Made by a program: the position numbers and the translations under genes. This document shows positions 1-9,756 of a stretch of 20,000 bases of DNA, piece by piece. The notes beneath the pieces were generated by a model, which did not search any database, was not told where the DNA came from, and saw only the letters and a program-made list of their open reading frames with translations. This stretch comes from Trichinella spiralis (lineage: Eukaryota). Position 1 is the stretch's first letter. Every line of letters starts with the position of its first letter. The stretch lies in assembly GCF_000181795.1 (NCBI RefSeq), contig NW_003526940.1:1445469-1465468 (forward strand). The letters run 5' to 3'.

Positions 1-390
1 ACACCAAAAATTTAATTAAGCTGCAGTTTCTGTGATGCCGTTTTTATATTAGTTTTTTGCTTTTATTGTTGTCTACGTCATGATATTCAATGGTTATCAT
101 CGACTGAAATAACCTCAAACATTAGGATTAGGTTGTTATTTTATATATTTATTAAAGTATAAGGGTAAATACCACATAACTAATCAAATAAGAATAGATA
201 ATAAACATTAACTGACTTGATTTCATAAATAAATATTTGTAAGCATCATGTCAACAGTGCGCGTGCACAATTGTTCAAATACCCAATAATAAATGCTAAA
301 AATCATTAAAGTGTTTGAAAATGTTTCGACAACAGTCATATGAGATTATGGTCGTGAATATGTTTTTGGAAGTTTTTTATGCATATTAAT
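1..390 (+). repeat. Direct repeat, copy 1 (may continue beyond the window start)
   Basis: Aligns with 7335-7722. About 7 differences over the first ~350 bp by eye, diverging more in the last ~40 bp. Confidence 0.95.
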
Positions 391-845
391 AAAGTGCCAA
401 AACTGAATTCATGCACTGCCTTGAAAACGATATCAAAATAACATCCTTTAAGTAACATATGAGTTATTCAATTTTTGAAAATATCATAAATGAAAGTGAA
501 ATAAGTAAATTTCAGTCTCAGGGGGGAACATAGCAAAATCTATTGCGCTTGGATATAAAATAATTCTTGCTTACATACTTATACAAACTTCATATGATGT
601 ATTAAAAATCAAGATTCATCCAATAAAAATTGAATTCAAAATAAATAAACATTACATTGTATATAACACTAATATCTTAAGTAATGCAAATTATCTTATT
701 TAATTCAATTTAATTTCATTATAAAATTAGTATATTATTATTATACTTATTATTGTTAAATAATTTTAAAATAAAAGAAACAAATTGCTCATTATTACCA
801 CAAAATTTTATGGAAACATGATTCTTCAAAAATTTGTTGAATTAA

Positions 846-885
846 TGAACTTTCTGTAAATATTATTCTATGGAATAAACATTTG
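846..885 (+). promoter_or_regulatory. Conserved upstream block of gene A with two FoxA/PHA-4-like TRTTKRY sites
   Basis: tgaactttctgtaaatattattctatggaataaacatttg aligns with the gene C upstream block (16478-16430). GTAAATA 856-862 and ATAAACA 875-881 are reverse-strand TRTTKRY matches. Confidence 0.45.
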
Positions 886-941
886 AGAGGCCAAACAGCA
901 CGGTTAAAATGAGGTTCTTACTTTAATCAGTGAAAGAATAA

Positions 942-3223
942 ATGATGTTTGAATTTTTTAAAGTGCTCTCATTATTTCTTTTCATTAATTTATCATATTC
1001 TCAAATTTCAAAATGTCAGAATGCAGCCGGTAACGGCGAAGCAGACTGGTAAGGTTTCAAAGAATTCCTGTAAGCATCAAAATGTTTTGCATCCGCTTTT
1101 GAATAATCAATAATATAAAAGCACAGGTTTCATTTACTGTGTTACCATTCACTAACAGAAAATGAAAATGCCAGACACATATATATACCTATTTATTTAT
1201 ATTTTTATATTTATTTATTTACAGTTATTCCTACTACACTTATATCAGTATTCATTTCTATTCATTCAAATAAAATTTGCAACTAACATTGATAAATCCA
1301 ACAATTTGAGAGGCTATCAAAGTACCTTCCCTTACTATTAAAGAGCTGCTTATTGTTCATTAAAAAAATACTATGTAATGAAACAAAATTTTATGTCGAC
1401 ACGTACGTTCGTAAGTAATGGAAATCATTCAAAAAATTTCTGATAAATATAAAGTATTCATTATAAACTTAGGGCTATAGTATACAAAGCACCTGGGCAA
1501 GCTAACGGCAAAATAATCGAATCAACTTCTGCAGCAGCATGGCAGAACGTAGCGCAGCCATTAAACAACAACGCGCAGCATTCATTTGCAAAGGCACTAG
1601 AGCATGTGGTGGGAAACCATATAAATATAAAATTTCTTGCTTACAACAATGCGCCACCGGGTGTTTCGAGTACAAAAACCAAATCGAACAGCAAAGGTTA
1701 TTCAATATAATTTTAATAATTTTAGAAATCTTTTACAGCATATCAAGATTCTTTAAATGCTGTATTCATATTGCAGGCGTAATAGTACTGTCTACTACCA
1801 CAGATTCTGCAGCGTGGATTGTACATACCGTACCTGGATTTCCAGCCGCAAAAACAGGCTATAGTTGGCCAGCAGCTGAGAATGCCAGAGGACATTTATT
1901 AATTTGTCTAACAATCTCAGAATCGCAAATAAATGCTATCGGTTTGTATTTTCATTACTCAGAAAATACATTGATATGAAAAACTTTCCGTTTTCAGACT
2001 TAGCATTAAAGAACAAAATTAAACATTTAATATAGGAATATCATTTCTGTTAATAAAAATAATCTGATTTGGGAAATGAGCATCATGAACTCATCTAATT
2101 TCGAATAACATAATCATTTTTACAAATCTGTGAAAATAGTTTTATTGCTAAAAATTGAATTTCATTTTCACAAAATTTTCAGGGTAGAGCTATGTAAAAC
2201 TAACTGCCATTTTTCATTTTTGAAACTGTAGTTCTCGTTCATTAATACTGCTATGATTAATAATTTTCTTTCTGTTGACTCTTATTTCTTTAGCTGCATC
2301 ATTACTACTTGTTCAACCAGTTATATATTATAACGATATTCCTAAGACAGAAACCGCAGCAATGCCATACTTCAATAAATTGGCAGATGGAAAAATTTCT
2401 ACTCTTCCCCCATTTACATCAAGGCAAACAATCCGTACACAAAATGCTAATCCTGTAACAGTTCACATTTACAGTAAATCAGAGTCATCGAAATATGGTG
2501 AGAATGAACTGTGTTTCAATTATTCTTTTAGAAAATTGTAATCAAAAGTTTTAAAATATATTTATGGTGAAAAAGAATAATCTATCAATTTTATTAGTTC
2601 AACAATGAATAGTCAATGAAATTTTCAGTTTTGTTCATCATGTGTAAAATGAATAGCGTTAAATGCTGTAATTTTTGCAAACTTCAAAATAAGCTTTACT
2701 AATTGAGTTTTCAAATTCTATAATTCACTTTTAAAATATTTTAAGCAGAACGGACGAAACTTCATTAATTTGGAATGTAATCATATGAAATTTAGTTCAT
2801 TTAGGAAATTATGATTAATTATCGTGAATTTTTAGAAATTTACAAAAAAGTCATTGTAAAAGTTTTGAAAAAAACGATCAAAGTGTGGTCAAGAAGAGAC
2901 AGCAAACTGAAAGGAAATTGCAGAGGTTCGCAAAGGCACATTCGTTTAATCAAAAGTCCAGCTGTTGTTGTTGATCATAACACCAATCTCGAAGCAGATA
3001 TTACAAACTGGGCAGTTTCAGATCCTGGAAATATATTTTGTCATATTGACAAGCCATATCTTGTAAGTCTATATGCATTGGATATCATTTCAATTTTTCA
3101 ATTTTTTCTGTAATTTAGAAAAATCAAACCAGAGAACCAGCGATGGCAGTTTGCATTGACAACATTAACATATTTACTCGATTTGATGCAATCGCTGCTC
3201 AACTTGAAGATTGTCCAAAATAA
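942..3223 (+). CDS. Secreted DNase II-like protein (plancitoxin-1/p43-like family), gene A, 6 exons, 343 aa
   Basis: Manually spliced exons 942-1048, 1473-1696, 1777-1941, 2294-2497, 2836-3062, 3119-3223. All introns are GT..AG with compatible phases, total 1032 nt including TAA. It starts with a signal-peptide-like MMFEFFKVLSLFLFINLSYSQ. DNase II motifs: KC..DWAIVYKAP, AYNNAPP, SNSKG, AWIVHTVPGFP, GHLLICLTI, YSK, DITNWAVS, FCHIDK, AVCI, C-terminal CP. Six Cys. Confidence 0.93.
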
Positions 3224-3324
3224 AGTTTCATAATATTTTCCCATTTGGTTTTCATGGTTCCACGATGGTTTTAAAGACAAAGAATGCAAGAAAACATTGC
3301 AAAAAAACTCTTCAGCAAATTGAA

Positions 3325-3330
3325 AATAAA
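3325..3330 (+). terminator. Candidate polyadenylation signal AATAAA for gene A
   Basis: AATAAA about 100 nt after the stop at 3223. The AT-rich context makes a chance match possible. Confidence 0.35.
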
Positions 3331-3941
3331 AACGTTTTATAAATTTTCGCGGCAAAAGTAACATGCTTCTTTTTTCGCTGATGAAGTAAAGACAAATGAT
3401 ATGGAAGATTCTTTGTTAAGAGCATCCCAGCGAAGGTTGGAAAAAACAATGAAAACATTAAGTAACTCTGAATTTGAAGCAGACTCTGATTATGAAGTGA
3501 TTTGTGCATTACAATTGTGTTCTTAACATATTAACTGCAGGAATTCATAAATTAACAATAAGTAAAATTCATGATTTGCCATCATTTGCATTTTGGGAAA
3601 GAATTTACACAAAGAGAACAAAAATTGATGTAGATCTTGATTTATAGCAATTTAACCTCACCAGATTTGGCGAGCAAGAGATTTTTAAGTGTTTTCCAAT
3701 TCTTTTATAGGAATCTTTTACTTCAAGATTTTAAATGCTGCTCTTCCCTGCGATATATAATGGCGGCAATATAGATGAATGGGCTAGTCTGGACTCATCC
3801 GCATCCCATTTCCCCCAAATCCACCCCCTTTTTGTGATTGGCTGTACTCTGATAGGCTGCACACGATTGATTGGTAATTGGCTAATGACGTCTGCTATTT
3901 TATTAGCTAATGATCATGATAAGTGATTGGGTGAATAACTT

Positions 3942-4082
3942 TGCCATTTGATTAGCTATTAAGCTTTGATCAAGGATTGGGTAATTGTTGTTTATCAATC
4001 CTTTCCAAATATGGGTGCATTACCATTAAATTACCTTATGGACATAAAAAAGCATTTACTATTTTTAAAACACAGCTTTTTA
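3942..4082. repeat. Inverted repeat, left arm (partner 6409..6553)
   Basis: Its reverse complement matches 6409-6553 (e.g. atggtaatgcacccatatttgg, aaaaatagtaaatgctttt, aatagctaatcaaatggca) with scattered mismatches. Confidence 0.85.
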
Positions 4083-5034
4083 ATATATGTTGTTAGCCAT
4101 CTCTTATTGCGTTAAAGGAATTATAACAATAACAAAGTTAATATGCTTAAAACTAATGTTCAACTTCTTTACATTTGCATATTTTTGTGTATATTGTTAA
4201 AAATGCATTTAAAAAGATGTGTTGCAATATTTGAATATGGCTTTAAATAAGTCAATAATATTAATGATTCTTCAGTTTTACATTTCATTGTTCACATAAT
4301 AAAATAGCATTTGCAGTCTTGAATTTTCTATTAAATAGCCTATGCACCGTTCCGGTTGATTTATCTAGCTCAGTTAGCTGCGTCAAGCTTTATGCCCAGC
4401 AGCATTTTACTTCCTGCTTCACAGTGTACTTCTCGTTTACTCCAGTATTAGTAATAATGGAATGCATTTCCGGGTCCATTTTCTGTTCATTGCTGTCCAG
4501 TCCAGAAAGCCGTATCCATCACAATTTCAGCAGGCAAATTTCGGATGATGATATCTGATCATGCTTGGCTCATCAGCTAATAACCCTCATATGCTAAGCA
4601 CTGAACTCAAACGCAAGACCAAAAGGGAAAATAAATTTGACGGTTTAAATTCCATTTTAAATAATCATTTTGAAACAACATTTAGTTTTCATTTTTCATT
4701 TTATCTACAATTGAAGCTCAACTTTGATTGATATTTCTGTGGCACCAATGCCTTTTATTAATGTTGACAAAAGATTATTAATCACACACAAATGCTGACA
4801 TCAAACAATGCGATGTCCACTGCAGAGTGAATTTGAAGCAGCTTTAAGCGCTTTTCTGCTTGGTTGGGTGCTGTTCATTGCTTTCTTTCTGCTTCGAAGT
4901 GCTTCACTTTTATTTATCCATGCGAGTTTAAAAATACTGTTCAAAATAAATGTCAGCCAACATTTGCTTTCACTTGTCATATAAATTACCTTCTTAGCTA
5001 ACAATTAAATCAGATTTATGGCTAAGGTTCTTAG

Positions 5035-5420
5035 CTGTTTGTCAGACATTGTTTTGATGAAGGCTAATTGAAGGCTATTCAAGTACAAAGGGAAAATGTA
5101 AAATGGATGAATTGTCCAGCTGCAGTTTTCAGCTAAAAGTTGGAGTGGTGATTGCTGAATGTTAGCATCGAAATACTTTTCTGATTTTGCCTATCTGTTT
5201 TATGAAAATATTTCTGACTTGCAGAAGAATTTAATCTTCCAATCTTTCTTTCGCTCCTGTTCACAAGAGTTGTTGTTTTTCTTCTTATGTTTCATTTAAA
5301 TAAAAAATAAAATCTGGCATTTTGTTTAAAGTAAAAATTTGTGGTTGTACATTTTGTGTAAACTGTATTAAATTTCTCCTTCAATACCTAAAGTAAACCG
5401 ACTACTGGGTTGACTAAACA
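5035..5420 (+). repeat. Diverged dispersed repeat, copy 1 (partner ~17725..18122), probably a decayed TE
   Basis: Collinear shared blocks: tttgtca(g/a)acattgtt, aattgtcc..agctgcag, gaaatactttttctg, gctcctgttcacaagagtt, atttaaataaa, gtgtaaa.tgta, aaacc.gacta.tg. Confidence 0.75.
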
Positions 5421-6408
5421 TTCGAGTTGCAATTCTTGTGTTACTATGGTTCAACATTCCAGAACAAAAAATATCTGTTGCATTTCGAAATTCTGTTGAT
5501 TTTACAAAACAAAAGTGAAAGCAAAGAAAATTATTTTTTTTGCTCTTTTACCATCGTAAAAAGTCATTACATGTCAAATTATGAAAACAAAAAATGACCT
5601 AGATAAACACGTTTATTTAACATCTCTTTGTTCAGTTATCTCTTCTTCAGGCTGTTCATTTGTTGCTTCTGTATTTTTGTAGAATAATGCAATTAGATAA
5701 TAAAGATATTTAATTTGTAAAGAACAAAACCGTCAATTCTCTTTTTCATTTATTTCACTCCTCAATGCTTATCATTAGCTTGTGCTATTTTTCGTGTCGT
5801 AGGCTTGAGATGTGTTTTGGAATGATGGGAATAAATAATAATGAATTTCAGTTTGTATCTCAAAGAACCAACATAAGCCAATACACAAAGGGAGATGCCA
5901 CACGCTGAAGTGCACAAATCATAATGACAAATACGGGTTGTGAATAAACATACAAACAATGGCTTAATGTAGTACATTATTATTGTAATATTACAACTAA
6001 TCCATTTTTTCAATATAACGATTAGTTGGTTGCCGTAGCACAGTGTTTGTCTACAACTTTAGAAATGGACTTTTTTTCATATTTATACGTTATCGTTGTA
6101 TTGCCCATCTTGCTCATCATATATATTGCAATAAAGTTCTGCTTTGCTTGTTGTTGTAAAATGGAAATTTCTGTACTATACATTTGCTTAGTTCTGAAGC
6201 GCTTATATCGAATAGCAGAAAAGTTTCTGTGAAAACCATCTGTTGATCAGCATAGTTGTGAAGAAATAAAATGCAAAAGCAAACTTACAAGAATAAAATT
6301 AAGCAATAAGATAATCTTTTGTTAACTGTGAAATGTAAAACGCAAAAGCTTTTTAAAAGCATCATTTTCAAAGTCTAAAAACAAATATACACATTTCCAG
6401 GTTATAAC

Positions 6409-6553
6409 TAAAAGCTTTTTCTTTAAAAAATAGTAAATGCTTTTTCATGTCCATACAAGTTATTCTTATGGTAATGCACCCATATTTGGTAAAGACTTGA
6501 TAAAGAACAATCATCCAATCCCAGATCACAGCTAAATAGCTAATCAAATGGCA
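6409..6553. repeat. Inverted repeat, right arm (partner 3942..4082)
   Basis: Reverse-complement match to 3942-4082. Confidence 0.85.
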
Positions 6554-7334
6554 CAGCAGTTTCTCACATTTTGTCAAAGAATAAATCCAGTCTCTGATAA
6601 AACTGTTCTGCTTTTTTGTATTTTTAAATACTAAATTTCACTGAAATTAATTTTCCTACCTGAAAAATAATTTTATTCTGAAAGGGAATGTCACTTTTCT
6701 TTTTTACGGGACAGTTTGTTGCATACAGATTTGTGGTTTGACTATGACAACATAAATGTGCAGTAAATATTTCAAAAGTTAACCATTTCAATTTTGCATC
6801 AAGTCCACAAAGTTGTTTTTATAAGGAAAACACACTAATACTGTAATGAATGAATCTTTGCATAATTGCTATTTATGAGTCTCTGAAGTTGCATTTGTAA
6901 ATAAGATATTTCACCATACATTTGACTATTATTTTCCAAATAAAAACGTTCTTTTTATTGTCATTATTATTAATATTTTTATAAATGCTTGTCAATGATT
7001 GCTCAGGATATTAATTAAACGACATACAAATAACATGGATAATTTTTGTTACTTGCATTTCTGTTCTTCGTATATGACGGATTTCAAATATTGTTATAAA
7101 TAAGTGGAGAACCAAAAAATATTGAAACAAGAAATTGTAAAATATAAAATTTTAATTACTGGTTTGGTTATTATCTGGCCATGTTCATTTTTGATGTAAA
7201 AGTCATATGTGCATTTCACATATGCATATTGTATGGTGAACTGTGTAATTTATATGTAACGTATTTGCATAATAATTGCTTTTTCCAGTAGACTAATGTC
7301 TTATTTAATGTGAACCTTCTTTATGGCAATGGGA

Positions 7335-7722
7335 ACACCAAAAATTTAATTAAGCTGCAGTTTCTGTGATGCCGTTTTATATTAGTTTTTTGCTTTTATT
7401 GTTGTCTACGTCATGATATTCAATGGTTATCTTCGACTGAAATAACCTCAAACATTAGGATTAAGTTGTTATTTTATATATTTATTAAAGTATAAGGGTA
7501 AATACCACATAACTAATCAAATAAGAATAGATAATAAACATTAACTGACTTGATTTCATAAGTAAATATTTGTAAGCATCATGTCAACAGTGCGCGTGCA
7601 CAATTGTTCAAATACCCAATAATAAATGCTAAAAATCATTAAAGTGTTTGAAAACGTTTCGACAACAGCCATACGAGATTATGGCCATATATATGTTTTA
7701 GAAGTTTTTTATGCATATTAAT
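7335..7722 (+). repeat. Direct repeat, copy 2 of 1..390
   Basis: Runs acaccaaaaatttaattaagctgcag ... gcatattaat, near-identical to window positions 1-390. Confidence 0.95.
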
Positions 7723-8054
7723 TTCAAATGCTTTTGTCCATTATCAAACAATATAAATATTTGAAAATTATTTCTGTAAATTTCTAAAAGTTTAATTCTT
7801 GACCTACAACTCAAACATTTAAATGTTTGAAATAATAAAGTATTCGATCTGAAAATGATGCAAATTGCAATATTTGCATAGAACTACTGCGTCTCTAATA
7901 TAAGTGTTTCTTTAATTCTAAAGAAATAAAATCAGTTGGTACATACATTGAAAAATTAAAATAATTTTATTGTAGAAAAGCAAGGAATATGTGATATGCT
8001 GAAAATTTTCGTTCAGTTGAAGTTGCTCAATCATAATGTCATTTACAGATCTTC

Positions 8055-8320
8055 TTACTTTTTCCACTGAGGCAAAGTTCTGCTTTCTTTTTGGGCCAAT
8101 TTGATATCTACAAATTTACCCATGTCAAGTTCTTCTTCGACTCCCAACTCACCCGCTAGGTCAAATGTATTCTCCAGGTCGTCAAGTTGGTTCTCAATGC
8201 CGCTATCATCACTTCCTGAATCCGCAGTCGCTGGAAATAGCACAACGACATTTATAACTTGACTTGAAATGGCGGTAGCGTTTTTCTCTTCCTCCAGTGT
8301 CTTTACTCGTTCACATCATC
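8055..8320 (-). mobile_element. Possible decayed N-terminal fragment of a piggyBac/PGBD3-like transposase
   Basis: GC-richer island. Minus strand reads KTLEEE (shifted frame) ... SQVINVVVLFPATADSGSDDSGIENQLDDLENTFDLAGELGVEEELD...LPQWKK. This resembles the acidic 'VVLPP..D..SD......F(E/D)PAGELEVEE...P.WKK' leader recalled for PGBD-type transposases. No DDD core or TTAA-flanked TIR seen. Confidence 0.4.
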
Positions 8321-8883
8321 TTCCTTCTAATGAATCCTTGTCTAAATACCATCATGGTTTTTAGACCATTCTGTTGCGCCCATCGCCGTGTCTTCCTCCT
8401 TACTCCTACGGAATAGCTTCATTGCAAGTATAGATCATCAAGCGGGAGAAACCGTGATACAGCTTTAAAGCTGTCCTCTTACTCAAACAACAGTCCGTCT
8501 TGCACCAATATATAAGTATTTTCAAATAATTCGTGGACATTCTGTGACACATGGGAGGTGATTTGTTTTAGAGAATAAAGAAAAACAAATGCCGATTTCT
8601 GTCAAGTGTTCCATACATCTCATAAACAGTTGCATTTAGGTGAGATCTAATTGAAGCTAATAGTTAACAATTTGCAAATTTTTTTGCTAAATACCGAAAT
8701 TTAATGATTCTGCCTTTTATCAACAAGTTTTATTTCACCATTGCCAAATTTGGACAGTATTTCACCAGTTCGTGGCATTTACTCTATTTTGACAAGTTAG
8801 GTAAAAATGCAGAACTTTACTTATGGATCTTTGTTCAACGAAATGTCACTATAAAATCAGTCATTTTGTCAAGCATAACCAGT

Positions 8884-9093
8884 CTATTGGACGTTTTTAC
8901 AAGCCTTTCCTGGGTAAAAACGCCAATTACATGACAGTTATTTTTTGAAGCAACTGAAGCTGCCTGATGCGCAGTCGGTTGTGCACTGACGTTTCACATA
9001 TCCATGACCACCGGTTGATTTTGTAGCTGCTGATCTGACGGATACTTTTTTATCTGGAATTTGATCAGTTACAAGCAGTTTTCTGGCACTGCT
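8884..9093 (-). mobile_element. Decayed C-terminal Cys-rich tail of a KRBA2-like (integrase-core, Ginger/GIN-related) transposase
   Basis: Minus-strand frame reads KLLVTDQIPDKKVSVRSAATKSTGGHGYVKRQCTTDCASGSFSCFKK*LSCNWRFYPGKACKNVQ*. This fits the remembered tail pattern (I/V)S(L/V)RSAA..GG.G(F/Y).KC.C...C....C.C.K....CNSRCH....C.N, with several Cys lost and an internal stop. Confidence 0.65.
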
Positions 9094-9321
9094 TCAAGAA
9101 AATCGCGTAATCTTAACTACTATACATCAAAACTTGCAATCAGTAATTTTAAACAAATACATCAAAAGAATAATAGGTGTATAAATTTTATTATTGCTAC
9201 CCTTAACTATGTAGCCTAACATTAACATTTTGTGGCAAACACAAATAATTCATTAAAAAATTAAGTATTCTTGTTTCAATAGTTTATTTTTATTTATGAT
9301 CAGAACAAGAGGTGCACCCAA

Positions 9322-9599
9322 TTTCCCAAACGAACTCCGCCTATTTTTCACAGTGAATTTCATTGGTTGCTGCTCTGATGCAAGCAACTAAATTTTATTG
9401 AATTGAAACATAGTGCTCGGTTATGAATTTGCATAGTTATTTTCCCTGACCTGTCCTGCTTGCTCAGGAAATTTAGTGTTAAGCACTCCTTTCTCTAGGC
9501 AACCTAATTCCATCAGATTGATAACCAATGAAATTTAGCTGCACAACAACCAATGAAATTTAGATGAGAAAAAAGTAGGCGGAGTTTGTTGGGGGAAAA
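9322..9599. mobile_element. MITE-like non-autonomous element with ~50 bp imperfect terminal inverted repeats
   Basis: Left end tttcccaaacgaactccgcctatttttcacagtgaatttcattggttg versus reverse complement of right end ttcccccaacaaactccgcctacttttttctcatctaaatttcattggttg. About 280 bp and non-coding. No clear target-site duplication seen. Confidence 0.7.
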
Positions 9600-9756
9600 C
9601 CGTACTATACTTCAGCGCAAAGCTATTTACTTATGGAACACAACTGTATGTTTATTTGTGTAAGCTGAATTTTAATTAAATTTACTACAAGTGAATCTGT
9701 TTAATTATTCAATAACCAGTCAATATCTTGAATATTATAATCAAACTTATTGAATC

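Noticed and set aside
122..132. ttaggattagg as telomeric repeat
   Set aside because: Only two imperfect units and not TTAGGC. More likely part of an interspersed repeat.
1539..1979. 146 aa ORF as a stand-alone gene
   Set aside because: Its first part is an off-frame reading of exon 2 plus intron 2. Only 1777-1941 is real coding sequence (exon 3 of gene A).
1502..3509. Minus-strand ORFs 1502-1705, 3098-3364 and 3312-3509
   Set aside because: They are antisense shadows of gene A exons or its 3' flank, with no recognisable motifs.
4700..5004. Possible KRBA2-like or MULE transposase remnant (QAEKRLK..AVDI; SEFEAAL)
   Set aside because: Only short motif-like resemblances amid many stops. Recorded only as part of the inverted-repeat interior.
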